Assembly: GCA_965637545.1 (NCBI GenBank)
Contig: OZ281497.1
Location: 20,770,001 to 20,834,000 of the forward strand
Source of the DNA: Phallusia mammillata
Taxonomy: Eukaryota
Reading direction: 5' to 3'
DNA: 64,000 nucleotides
Of this stretch, positions 18,470 through 31,900 are shown one piece after another (position 1 is the stretch's first letter; every line of letters begins with the position of its first letter). The position numbers were made by a program, and so were the translations under genes. The notes beneath the pieces are model-generated. The model was not told where the DNA came from. It was given only the letters and a program-made list of their open reading frames with translations, and searched no databases.

Positions 18470-19612
18470 TGTATTATTTTCTCACATTACGCGCTTTAAA
18501 TCTTCGCAATCTGCACGAACCTAACCTAAAAGATGTAGCAAAGCGCTGGCTTTCAAACTGCCTAATTGTTTGTACCGCGAAATTCTATAGCCCTGTTGCA
18601 GTTTTTTTTTACACTTCCAGGGCTGAAAAAATGCAGAAGCCCATTTAACCTCTAAATTTCTTCCATATCTGCCAATCTTATTTCAGTGTTAATACGTTTG
18701 ACTTTGGTGCCATAAAGGTTAACTGCGTTGCTTTTATGCTACACCTGCCAGTATTACCAATTTGCCTACTGCCCTAAGGTTCTTTTTGAAGCCCTAGGTT
18801 ACCATGAATTACTGATAAACGATAGTACATAATTTATACATCGAACTTTTTTTACATAAGTTATACATACTAACCCACGTGCTTGGACTTACTTCATATT
18901 TATTACCACTTCTGTAGTCGTACTTGTACTGGAACTTGTACATTGCATTTGGACGCTGTACTAGTACTTCATTTGAATTTGACCTACACTAACTTGCCAG
19001 TCGTATGGACACTCACCAAGCAAAGTATTGTTTTACCCACTTGGAACGCCACAATTGCCCGTTTTTGTATAATACTAAATTATAAATATCTAACTCAAAA
19101 CTCTATTTCCATCAATACCAATACACATGAATCAACAGAAGAAAAAATATCCTCACTTACGCCTGTTTTTCTTCTTGAAATTATACTATCCAGCCAATTT
19201 TCCTCTCGAGCCGGTGCCTTTTCCTTTTGCGTCTGCTGTGCGTTTGTGACGTCATGTGATGACGTATTTCGTTCGTTGCGCAATGCAATCCCGCCGATCG
19301 TGACGTGTTTGACCTGGATGGCATGTGTGTCGTGTCGTTGTGAGTAAAATCTCTATCTCTGTTGTGAAAGTTCTGTCTATGCTAGGTGGACCTTTCCCTA
19401 CGATCCATGACAAGCTCCTTTTGACAGTTTATGTTAGCCGTGCATTTAATCATTTATGAAGGTAAAAGTTGGAATTGTCTCGTGTTTACTATGCAACAAA
19501 AAACAAAATACCTTGAGACCCTTCGAATGAGATATATGCAATAGGCAACAACACAATATTCAAAACCGAATACGTTAGCCCTGTAAAAAGCGTTTCAGTT
19601 TGGCCAAGATAG

Positions 19613-19631
19613 AAAAAAAAAAAAAAAAAAA
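19613..19631. repeat. Poly(A) tract (19 nt)
   Basis: Seen directly; other long homopolymers at 23651-23672 (A), 47953-47969 (A) and 56757-56779 (T). Confidence 0.9.
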
Positions 19632-20363
19632 CGCTCAAAACAACTTTAATTTCGGTTGTAAGTCGTAAATCATTTCGTCGATCTGTAATTTACCACGATA
19701 TGAAGCTGTTTGTCCGATTAAATGCGTTGTCTATGCGTCACACTGCGCTTGCAAAACCTTGTTTACTTCCACATTAGGGCCTGAACGAACATGTTTGGAC
19801 AACTTAACCTACCAAATAGCGCATTGAAATCCGATCTTAAAAGTATTTGCCGAAACTTGCCAACTAAACGACCTTCTGTCACGCGATGTCGCTCGTTACC
19901 GCATCATTTCAGACCCGCGCGAAACGCGACACCCTGGCAATGTTTCGCGCGCAACCGTACACTTGAAATCTGAGCCGTCATTGCAATCGTCGCATCATCG
20001 AAGAATTTCAATCGGCGCTGTGACGTTGCACGGCAGGCATGTAAGATATTTTATTGTACTTTTCAAGTTGGGGTTATTGACCCCAGTAAGGCGTTCAGAA
20101 GGCTTATAAACATAACCAACTCTCACAAAAGAAATTAGTTTAGCTCTAAATCTAAACAGGTTATTACAAAAATTAATTTGGGCCGATGTTTTACATTTGT
20201 GACCATATTATTAACCGTATATACTGTACATTAAGTGTTTCGACCTTAAAGTCTCCAGCTTATTGGCTACTTTTATATTGGGACCCTATTGTTTTGAATA
20301 TTAGCCAAAGCAACCCTTAAAACTGCCAAATTAGGTTTTCTTGGTTGATAGTCTCTTTTCAAC

Positions 20364-20755
20364 TGCTAATTGAGAAAGTACGTTTTGGGGTAGTTTCTGA
20401 TCCGCCATTGCGCTTGGTACTTTATTGTTAAGTGCGGTTCCACCAGAAATTTTTAGTGTATATTTTTCACCAACTTTTTTTTCAGAAGTTGGTGTCATTG
20501 GCCCCGGTGAGGCGTTGATCAGTTACTATTTTCAACAAAAGCAAAAGCATAAAGTGTACTTGGAAACAAAACTGTGTTGAGACATTTTTGTACATTTGCT
20601 CATGAGACAAAACAACCAAACCGTCCAAAAAAGGTGTTTCGGATGCCAATTGAGAAACTGCGTTAGGGGCTAGTTTCTGATTAGGCATGACGATTGTTAG
20701 CCTATTGTTAAGTTCTGTCCCAAACTGGAATTTTAAGTGTATATTTTTTCCCAAC
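20364..20755. repeat. Diverged direct repeat, ~110-bp blocks 280 bp apart
   Basis: 20364-20474 and 20644-20755 share AATTGAGAAA, TAGTTTCTGAT, TATTGTTAAGT and AGTGTATATTTTT in register. Confidence 0.75.
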
Positions 20756-21373
20756 CAGGCTTCACATTTTCTGGAAAGCTCCAAATAAGCGCAAGTAACA
20801 CCCGGACAGGTCGGCGTCGCAGGGAACCACCCCTTGCGCCTGACACACCAATACAAACTCCCCAGTTCAAAAATAAACGCACCCCTGCCGTGTACAAATG
20901 CTTTGCCAAACGTCACAGTATTAACGCACACTTGAAATGCGTTTCCTATTTAGGATTGCGGACATTTTTGTTTAACCCCATGTACCCAGATGCCGCCCTA
21001 ACTCGTCACGCTGTCTTGAAAGGTACCCCGCCCGCCGGCTTCTTTCACCAATGGAAGGTGGGAGTTTAAAAGTCGCGGGAATTGTTTTTGGGCGCGTGTT
21101 TCTTTGTCAAGTGGCGACTTGACCGATCTGCATTCTCGAATAACATTTGCTGAGAAATAAGTTACTTTGAATATGCGGGCATAACCTGCTGGCTCACCTT
21201 TCGTTTGAAATGTGTTAGTGTGTTGAGAACTTGAGGTGGAGACTTCCGCGACGCGCAAAAGAGCGCAGGCGCCGTGGTTATGCCCATTCACAAATATGTT
21301 CTCTAAACCAGGACTTTTAACCTGGGCGTTGTGTATAAAATTACGTGTGCGGTATGAACTTTGTCAGCCCATG

Positions 21374-21569
21374 CAGAGTTGCAAATGGGTCGGGCTTTTT
21401 GGATCGGGTTTAGGTTCGAACCTAAGTTAAAACAAAATGGGCTTGATTCGGGCCTGACTTTACAGTTAGGCTTATTTATGTTGCAGGTTCGTCAACATTC
21501 TGGCCTAATTCGGGCTTTGTTGTAAAAAAAGGGTTCGGCCGGTTTCAGGGTAGTTTACTCACAACTCTG
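21374..21569. mobile_element. Degenerate hAT-like MITE
   Basis: 8-bp terminal IR CAGAGTTG/CAACTCTG and repeated subterminal TCGGGC motifs; no matching TSD. Confidence 0.45.
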
Positions 21570-23609
21570 ATACAAAGCATTATAATATGTTTGTTGGTGA
21601 AAAATAGCTGTTTTATTTCAAACGACTATTGTAAACTGAGGCGGTGGAGTAAAAACATTAAAAAGCTTTGCACCATACAAATTCCAAACATCAGTAACAA
21701 TTGTATTAATTCATTGACGTTGATATTGCATTTTGTCGTGTTTAAACAACATATATTAATGTAAACGGTGATTCTGACTTCGAATCTAGCATCGCATACT
21801 GTATTAAAGTCGTAAAGAAAACCGCTTTAATTTCTGGCATGTGTCAACCAACACTTGACAGATAGACTTGTTTACCTCGGCAAGAACAGTAACGTTGACA
21901 TTGCTCCCACACCAGTCAGTCAATTGCAAGTGCTTTCATAATTAATCCACCTTTATCTCTTGCCTTTGGCGCCGACTTTTACCAAAACTATAACGAAACC
22001 GTCCGGTTTGCCGTCTTTAAGTTGACGCAAACGATTCGTATTGAAATGATAATTTGGATTAAGTCATAGACTTTAAATACGTGCCATTCACAATCAATGG
22101 GATTTCGAAATCACTTCACTGCCAAACAAGTTCTTTGCATTGAATGTTGTGTAAGTGTATTGGCTGAAAGCACGTTTGACGGAATGCAACAAAGTATAGC
22201 TGCCACGCATAAATAAGACCAAACTGCCGTAGTGTCAACTGATATGTTCATTTAAAGTGTATTGGGTTTAATTTTTCAGCATTAGTCTGTCTTCGATGTG
22301 GAAAAGGCCTTAATGTGGGAAATTTCTTTTACTTTCAAGGCGTGCTTAACGCTTACGAAAAACAATATGTTCAAATGGAAGTTATGAAAATGTTAAAAAA
22401 CAAAACAAGTGCACATCAAAAGACACAAGTTTATTCTTGGATCACGATACGACCTCAAAGTGCACAAACTTTACGCGGGCCCAGGAAAAGAGGATCAACT
22501 TCGGTTGTCGTGATCGTCGAATACTTATAATCGGAACAAGGTCCTTCGCGCATTAAAGACTTAGACCACCGCCGTAGCGATTAATCTGATTCAGCAATTT
22601 TCATTGCTCAAGAGCAACTTCTAAAGAGACCGCAATCACAGCGTCAAATCTTCAAGCCGTGATCGATGTCCGCTTGTGTAAAATTCCATTACTGCTGATG
22701 GTGTCAGCTCCCGAACCACGGTAAATCAAATCATAGCTCGCCACAGGTCCGGATTAAGCCTGACCTATCGTCCTTCCTGTCATGCGAGGTGTCGCGGGCT
22801 TTTTGTTAGCGCGTGATGTTCATCAATCTGCACTGACGGCTATGGGATTTAAGTTGGGAATAAAATGTGGATGCAGGTTGTTGTTTGCGAAAACTGGAGA
22901 CGTTTCGCCGACAATCAAAATATGGACTTCGTTGCCTAGTATTTGACATTGTATTCATTGTAAATGTCATTGTAGACATTTTGTACACACACTTTAGATT
23001 GCTTAACGTTTTATACTGACGGTATTTTTATCAATATGATTTTAGAATTTAACAATTTCCAAAACAGTGTTTTAGGAACTGGCTGTTTTGGGTTCGTGAA
23101 CTTTTTACTGACTGTATTTTTAGCCTCAGATAGTGTTAGTTAACAAATTGTTTGAACAGTATGTTAAGAACCGGATCGAACCGGATAAATTCTATCCCTG
23201 GATAAAACCTTTTTTGAACGTTTAACAGAAATGACTTTCAATGTGACTTCACAACTGGTAATTTCCCTGATATTTTAAAAGTTATTTTTAGAATGAAACG
23301 ATATGCCGATCCCGGTATCGAAACACATGCTATGTGATAAATACATAAATGAGAAATGGGCATTTTTGGAAAGTCTCTCCCTGGATTATTACCAGAATAC
23401 TGCCATTCAGCGTTTAAGTGCTTTATAAGTCGGATTTTTCTCTCAAATAAGCGCGAAAACATCATCCATCAAAAAATCGTCAATGACGCAGCACTGACGA
23501 ACTTGCGTAAAGTCGACTGACTATATTTCCAAGAAATGACCACTACGTGGCGCAGCGGGTCTTACTGAATTATATTTTTCAAGAATTACAGACATAAAAA
23601 AACCCTGAT

Positions 23610-23819
23610 CGGGATTCGTCCCCGGGAGAGTCCTGGGTTCGAACCCCGTGAAAAAAAAAAAAAAAAAAAAAATTAGACGATTCCTGGGTTCGAACCCCGT
23701 GAAAAAATATAGACGATTATCGACAGGGAGATGGCCGAATGATTTTAGGCACTGCATCCATACACGCAAAAAATCGGAAGTTGTACACGACAATGTCCTT
23801 GGTTCAAACCCCGTTAAAA
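23610..23819 (+). repeat. tRNA-derived (SINE-like) repeat with tandem B-box units and an A22 tract
   Basis: TCCTGGGTTCGAACCCCGTG(A)n at 23631 and 23682, a degenerate third copy at 23796, and an A-box-like GGGAGATGGCCGAATGA near 23726. Confidence 0.65.
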
Positions 23820-25292
23820 CACGACCAATATATAGTTATGTGGTAATTTTGTTTTGTCGAATAAACGAACAAAAATTTAAACAATCTTTTGGATACGTGC
23901 ATGTACCCGTTATTGTCCCCCATTGTGTTGTATCGCTGTTTCACTTTTCCTCAGCACTTGAGCGCATATAATCATAGTTGCGGGGTTGCAGCACAGCCTG
24001 CTTGTTAAGAACAATTTGTCAGCACCGGGACTCAAGCTGCTTCGGCAAAGTTGTTGACGAGAACAGCGTGCGTTATTTGTTGATAAACATCTTGCACGGA
24101 TGGACCAACACATAAGCCCGTGCGCTGAGCGACGATTTAGTGCAAACCCGACCGAGTGTTTCTTTCACAGTGACTCGAACCATAAAGTAAAGCCCCCCAT
24201 AGTCACGATTTAGCCCCAACCCCGATTAAAACGCATAGTTCTGTTCAGTCTATGACGTCACAAGGTGATTGACGTGTTTCGATGACCGTATATGGGCAGG
24301 AATGAGGTTCAGGTAAAATTCAGAAATTAGACGTTTGTTTTTAACCCTAAATAGTATTGAGCGCTTAGTTAAAGTCTCTCCGCTTTTAGATTGTAATTAT
24401 CAGATACCAAACGCGGGTAAGGCTTTACCAAATCGTTCTAATATTGTTTTCGGGCAATGGCTTTATCAAATATTTACATTATGTTGAGCAGATTCTGGTT
24501 GCAATACAAGCTTTCTTAGTTTTCCATTCTATTTTCTGTGTACAGAAGGATACGCGTCGCGAACCTTTGGCGACTCAGTCTAAAAAAGCTACACCGACCT
24601 ACGTACTTTAACGTATCTCGTTCAAGTGCTTTTGAACTGGCGGGAACACTGTAGTAGGAAGTTTCGGCTGCTGACTAACGTGATACTTTTACGGATCCGA
24701 CGTGATGTTTACGCAACAAAACGGGATTAGAAGTTATTCATTTCCTCGTGAGATTCTCCCACTGAACATGGACGTTTGTCCGTTGGACCGCAAGGGCCCA
24801 TTCACGACCACATGGACTGACAAACCCGCTCTAAGCCGGTGTTGTCGTCAGAAATATTACTAATGGATGTTTCGCTTCCTTAAACTAATAGGCATCGGAA
24901 TTGTATGTGTCAGTACGCATGGCGTATATTTATCTTGATACACTCTTGGAAATCAAGCTTGTTCTTAAATTCACTTGCAAACAAACGTTCAATTTAAAAA
25001 CAATCGAAATATATTTGTGGTGACCGATATAGCACTAAGCTGACAAAACACATTTTTGCCAAAGTTTTTAACGCTTTACGATTTACCAAAGCTTTTCAGC
25101 CAACATACCCAAAAAAATACACAACAACCACTTGTTAAGTTGAAATAATCAGTTTTTGCCTAATAAGTCACCCCGCGCATGTATCTTTCTTTACTTCCCC
25201 CTTTCAAGGTAATTCCAAAGTTAATACGTAATGTCACGTCATCGCCAGAATTCGTCGACCCTTGACCTCAGTCAATACACCACAGTCACCAC

Positions 25293-25967
25293 TAGGGTTT
25301 CTCAAATTTGCCACTTTGGCTTATCCCGGGATTCCGGGACAAAAACAACCTCAATCCCGGGATCCCGGGATATCCCGGGATTTTATTAGATTTTTGTTAA
25401 ATTTATAATATTAGTTTGTTTGTTTCATTTTTATTTCTAGTGGGCCGGCAAAGCATCAATGCAATATGTTCAGAAGGCCACCGTAGAGCAGCCTGTTATT
25501 TTCTAAGTTAATTGAATATTTTTTTAAGTTCAAATCAGTATTCAAATTAGTCAGTTGGTAAGTCCAATTTAGTTCAACCCATCAGGTTCCAGCTACTGAG
25601 ATAGGATTAGAACCCACAACCTTGTGACACACGTCGATGGCGCTATATAACCACACCGCCGTCTTGGAATTTTACAAATTGCCAGATTTTTACCAACTGG
25701 AGAGCTATAGCGCGAATTTGACTAACTGGGTTCTAACACTGTTGTAATGTTCGCAACAGCAGAACTATTTATCATTCCTGTTTGAATTGTTGCAAGAAAC
25801 CTCGGTGAACACTTTAATTCACGGAAACCCAGTGGATGTCGCGCCTCTGGTTGAAGAGTGCAACTAAAAAAGCATTCAATTTTTGTCCCGGGATATCCCG
25901 GGATAGAATTTTTTGCTAAAATTGTCCGGGATTCCCGGGATCCCGGGATCCCGGGAGAGAAACCCTA
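25293..25967. mobile_element. hAT-superfamily (Ac-like, TAGGG ends) non-autonomous element, 675 bp
   Basis: Perfect 11-bp TIR TAGGGTTTCTC/GAGAAACCCTA; perfect 8-bp TSD GTCACCAC (25285-25292, 25968-25975); 5 left and 6 right subterminal CCGGGA motifs. Confidence 0.94.
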
Positions 25968-28900
25968 GTCACCACATCGACAGGTGACGACAATTGCTCA
26001 CGTCCCCCTTACCCGCAATCGTCTGGGTCAAGTTACCTCGGTGCTACGACCCCTGCGGCTCCTTTGGATAGCTTTCCTCCTCTTCAGCTGATAATCTTCA
26101 CCCCACTCGAACAGACAAACCCCGTGACGTAAGCAGTGAGGTCACTATCGGTAGGCGACTACGTAAATCGAATTCCGGCGAGAATATCAAGTTGGTCCAA
26201 GTTGTTTCTTTCGGTTAAATTTTACTTGTTTTGTTGTGGCGCGGTACGTGATTTTTAGGCGCTTTAAGGATTAGAGCGATTTGGTAATTCGGAGGAATTT
26301 GTGCGGGAAACCGGATCGCATTTTCAACCTGAATCTTTGCTTTGATCCCAATGTTAAGAGTCCGTGTGTGCGTCAATTTGTTACAATGCTTCAAAGCTTT
26401 CGGTGACGTACGTCCGATATCGACCAATGTATCTGGCTAGTTGTAAAACCATCAATAAGATGATCTTAATTGAATAAAGAACATCAATTCATATTTTAAA
26501 ATTATTGAGATTATGGGTTGCTCTGGTCGGCATGCAGATAAGGTCAATCCTTGAATAAACAAGACCCGTATCTTGTTTATTAATCAGTCTTGTGTTTACT
26601 AACATAAATAATGCTCTAGGGTGGGGTGCAAAGACAAAAATCGCTAGCTCAAAATATGGTTTGCACGCCGCTTTACGTTGAATACCGGGATATTTAACCT
26701 TGGCCGCATTGAAACGGTGGCTTGGTTCTGAACAGAAGCGGTTTCACCAGCACGATCCAAAGCAAACTGTCGAGAAAATCAAGCTGATCGGTTGGCATTA
26801 AGTTCCACCAGACACCAATCACCTGGTTGTGTTCGCCAAAAAGCCGCTTTTAATAAAACCTTTGCAATGTTGTGATGGAACAGCTGCTGATGGGCGTGTC
26901 GCTGTCTTGATCCTGACAGATTGAATCACAGGGTCGAGTGGCCGAGCCATGCAGCTGTGATTGGGTATCTCCTTTGGCGGGAAAGTCGTTGGGTGCTACT
27001 TCCACGGCCATGGCCCCAATATTACAGAGGATTAACCAAGACAACAACGATTTGGATCGACCGCATACGATAAGGGACCCTACCCCTTACTGCGTCACAT
27101 TCACGACCATCTAGTGCTTTTCTGGTGTCCGATAACGCCTCAAAACGGAGTGGACAGTGTTTAGGGCGCGTTAAGCCGATGTTGGACACTGAGACCGTCG
27201 CGTGAGTGACCGTCGTTTGCGCAAACGAACTTTGACCTCCGTAATGAGGATGGTTGGTGAAAAGTTGGGTGAGGAGCGAAACCCGAAACCAGCAAAATAC
27301 GCCGGGCGTTCATCAAGTCGCAAATTGACAGCATGGTGAAGTTTTCCTAGAGCTTAATCGACGTTTTTCGTTTGTCGAACCGAAAGGCAAACATATAGAT
27401 ACCTGACTAAAAATTTTTCAAGACATTCTCAGAAGTCTTGATTTACGATTCAAGATTACGTCATCTAAATAGCGTCTTTGAATAAGCCTTTTGAACAAAT
27501 GCAAACACAGATCGTGACTATTTTGATTAGTCTTGTTTGCAGTGACAATTGTGCCATTACCTTTCGCTTTGTGTTTGTGAAATAGAACGGGATATAGTTT
27601 GTACATTTTCACATACTCTATTCACCAAGGAAACTCTTTGTCATTCAACTTTGTCGAGGCGAAAATAAACAAACGTCTACTCGTGGCAAAAATGTGGCCA
27701 TGCGCGAATTGGTCACGTTTTCATTTGATTTTCGCGTGAAAATCGGAAATTTTAGGGACTTTTTCACTTTCACAGACACTTAAAACGTTGCTGCAAAACG
27801 TTTTCGTTTTGGGTTCACCCTATTCAGGCGTAAAGACTTTAATAAATGTAAAAAAGCTCTTGTGTGTTTTTCAAATTTCAAGTTTTATTTTAGTTTTGCA
27901 AATCATTTTTTTCTGTAAGCAAACTTCTGAAACTTCACAAACGGCCCCGCATTCCCACAGGTTTTCGAAAAGACTTCTTAGTCCAAATCTATACTTGACT
28001 TGTGCAAAACAACCTCATATAACACCAGGTCAGCATGTTTGCTACGGGACAAACCCTCTTTAACCCCTTCATGGATTTTCACACACTTTTCTGTGATCAG
28101 CAGTTCACACCTTGAAACCATCGACTTTTCACACCCAATAAACGCCTAATTGTGTTTTCGAATCAACATTTCCAGTTAGCGATGGTAAACGCAAATTAAC
28201 CTCGCCGAAAAAGGTCAAGTGTGTTCGGTAGCAGTCTTTTCACCATTAGCCTCATGCATCTTGACAGCTGGGACAGTTTCAACTGTGCGGTTTAAAGGGT
28301 GGCGTGTGATTGATAAGGTTTTGGGTGTTTTTGCACGCTACCACTCGTAAAACACGGTGTAATTTGGAGAGCAAATAACCCTTACTGCACGGTAGCTTTT
28401 CTGGGTCCTTAAAAGGGTATTTGATGGCATCTTAAACTATTCGAACCATTTAGGTAGAAATGTTGTACCCTAACTCGATAGGTTTATAACCTTTGTATGC
28501 TTTCTTAGTGACTTCAAGATTTGTAAAAAGACTATAGTTTTTATTGCAATGTTTTGGTTTTTTACCCCAACAAACAGTGGCACCATTTAGCTATAGGATT
28601 TGAATTCAAATCTTGATAAACAAAGACCATTTATGGTTTACATGGAATTTTTCTTGGTTTGGTGTAACTTAATTTGTAGCGGCTTGAAAAAAGACTTACT
28701 ATATTCCCAAAAAGTACTAGCCTTGAATTAAACACAAATTTAATTTTAATAACATCGTAATTTGTCATTTTTGCTTCTGCCTAAAGTATGTTAGGGCGTT
28801 GTTCAAACCCACCAAGTTCGAAAAAAAATCTGAGCTGAAAAACGAGCGTAAACTGGCCTTTTCAGCTGATTTGTGCATAAACTCGATTGACTTAAGCTGT

Positions 28901-31900
28901 GACATATTAGTTAAGCCATTCTCTTAACGGTAGTTGCTGGATTGGGATTAAGCTACGATTTGGTAATTAGCTTATCTGTAGGTGGTATTTCTAGCAAATT
29001 AAAACTTTAAATCGAGCGCAATACCATTTAAATCCTATGTTGTTTCACCAAACATATAAATCAATGTGTTTTCACAACTTTTGTAAGAATTGCACATTAA
29101 ATGTGTTTGAGGTTGTTAATTTTAAGCCGGAAGGTACAATACAACTAACTTAACGCCATTTCATCGTAAACACTTGAATATTTTTGATGCTACGTTTTGC
29201 ATTCGATTTTTTAATGCTGCGTTTTCAAGAGGGCAATATATCAAGATGGGAATAAAAAAAACACACAAAATATAACCACTTTGTAAGGTATAGTTTATGG
29301 CCACATATTGGGTGCAAAATTTAAAGTAAGTTTAGGTTTGCCACTGACATTTATTTTCACCCTTTAAAAAAGTGGGATTCGGACAGAGTTTATTTCATAA
29401 AACTATGACTAGCTTTATCTTAGTCTAGTTTTCTTGTTAATCGTATCACGTTAAACTTCACTGTATCACTAGGTTTTACCAAACCACGTGTAGATTTAGT
29501 TCAAATCCGGTGCCACAATTAAACAAATCCAATGTTATTTGCGGTTTCAATACCTCACCGATCGCACCTTTTCCGAGACATCTTCACTAAGCAATGTGTA
29601 TTTCTGACATCATAATCGCATTGGACGAGATTTCGAACTACAACAAGCAAACGGCGGCGTGCCTTCGCGAACAGGCGTTTGTTGTGCGCAAGGTATCGAA
29701 TGTAAATTAACTTTTTTTCCCAGCAGCTTAATCGCCATTTTTTCACGCTTTCGTTCTCAAGCGGAAATCGAAAACTGTACCAATCGTGTTTGTCTACAAA
29801 ATCGCATCCTTCAATCCGGATCACCCAGAATTTAATCCAATTTTCGGTCAGTCACATCAAGCGACCAAATCCAATAAAACAGATTTTTTGCGACCTTTCA
29901 ATTCATTGACTTGATAGAACTACAAGAGGGGTGTGACTGGGTCAAAAGGCGCTTTACATAACCAAGCCATAAAACTTTTTCTCTATGTTAGCCATGCGTT
30001 TGTTGGTGGTCCCTGGTATATTTGTTTGGGAAGAAATGGGGTCACCCAGGGTCGTCGCTTTTACATTGGCCGGGGCGCGTAACCAAAATGTCATTGTCAA
30101 TATTGGTTGAATATGGAGTTTCATTGCTTTTTTGGATTGCACACTGCTATGTTTAATCGGTATTTGCAAACGTTACTTCAAAGTACTTGGTGCTGTTCTT
30201 TGTTCATATGCTTACTTAGTTTCAGTATTGTTAACCCAATTAACTGAATGATCAAGTTTTTCAAAACGATATATTAAGCAGAATAAGTTCATTCAACACA
30301 TAGATTTTTAGGTTTTTACGACGACATAAGCGTGTTTTTTGTTTTTAGCATAGCTCTTCTATTTTGTGGATTAGTCAGCATAAGGTTATCGTGCTTAACG
30401 TGCCAGGTTAATCCGAAAATTGTACTTGTTTAAGAAAATCCATTCCATGCTACAGTCAGGTATACGGGATAATTGAGAGAAAAGTTGAAAGTTGAAACCG
30501 AAATTTTGCTAGACAATTTTAGTGTAAGGTTTGGGCAAGAATTGTCAGCCCTCCGCTCGTTTTAGATTTAAAAATGACAGAACACTTTGCTAATGTTGTA
30601 TGTATTTGAAATGTGGCTTGGATGGCGTGTGACATAACTGAACAACTGTTTATTCTGTAGTCGCCAGCCTTGCGAAGTCGAAAAAACATCATTTATCTTT
30701 TCAGAATTTGTTCAGAATTGTAGGCGCAGGCTCAGATTGCAGGCACGAACCCAAGTTTGTTTCAAAAGCACGAATAATGCCCAAAAGTTAAGTTTGCCAA
30801 ATCGATTTGGCGAAAAGGACATAAAATGTTCAGGTCCGAATAAAGCCTGTTTCAAAAGATATTTTGGCCCATGCCCGGCCCTTCTTACTTGTTTCTCTGT
30901 TTCTGATGCTTCCCTTACAGCATGTTATATGAAACTATCAGCCAAACGAAGAGTAAAAATAAATAGAGGTCGAGGTTTGACCAACAACGTTCCTGTGCTT
31001 TGGTCGCTGCACACTTGTGACTTGTTGACTCAAAACCTTTTATAAGTCAGTCAAGCCATAAAGTATTACTGTGTCGGCGCTTGCGACCGAAGGACAGCTT
31101 ATTTCAAGTCGGCGTTGTTATTTCAACAGCGTTTACACAGAGTTGCCCGGTGCACCGGATTAAGCAATGAAAGTGTTCTATGAATAGGGAATTCAATAAC
31201 AACTCGGTAATGGCTGACCGCAGTGTTGAAGGCACAGGGACACACCGTAATTTTAACTTGACATTTCCATTTTAGTGTCTGACAGAAATTTTTGCCTTAT
31301 TAATCCACGATTTATACCCCCTGCTCAGCCATTTGGCGGAATTACAGATCTTTTTGTGTGTATAAGGAATCTTTATTTCGACAAGTTTACACAATTACAA
31401 CATACGTTTAAGTTCAAAAGTACCCAAAATGTAGTGCTGCGTAGGCACAGGTTAATTTGTCAAAGAAACATTTTTGTATAGTACTGTAAGATGCGGATAT
31501 ACCCTTGTTAGATCAGTGCCTTTTTATGGGGCTACGCTATTATTTACTTTTTCTGGACGACGACAACAGTACAAATGGCTAAAGCAGTTATGGCCCCACA
31601 AGAAGCCGTACATGAACAATTGGTCAAAAACTCTAGCATTGTAAGATCGGTGGTTACCAACGCTGCCAACTCAACCCATTAATGTCTTTGTGTAACTGAC
31701 GTATGCAAACATTTGCAATAGTTGCACGAAGTTGGGGATATGATCTTAACATTTGTGTGCATTGTGCATTCCAACGTGTCAAAAGATTTTTTGATTGTCG
31801 AACTTGGAGACGGACATTGTCCTCCAATAGTCTTTGACTTGCCGCCTGGACTGGGTAAAGCAGGCAGGTTTGGACGTTGTTTAGTCATCGTATGATTTAC

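Noticed and set aside
19386-19424. Possible alternative terminal exon VDLSLRSMTSSF* (class I PDZ-like end)
   Set aside because: Weak acceptor and no homology; expected by chance
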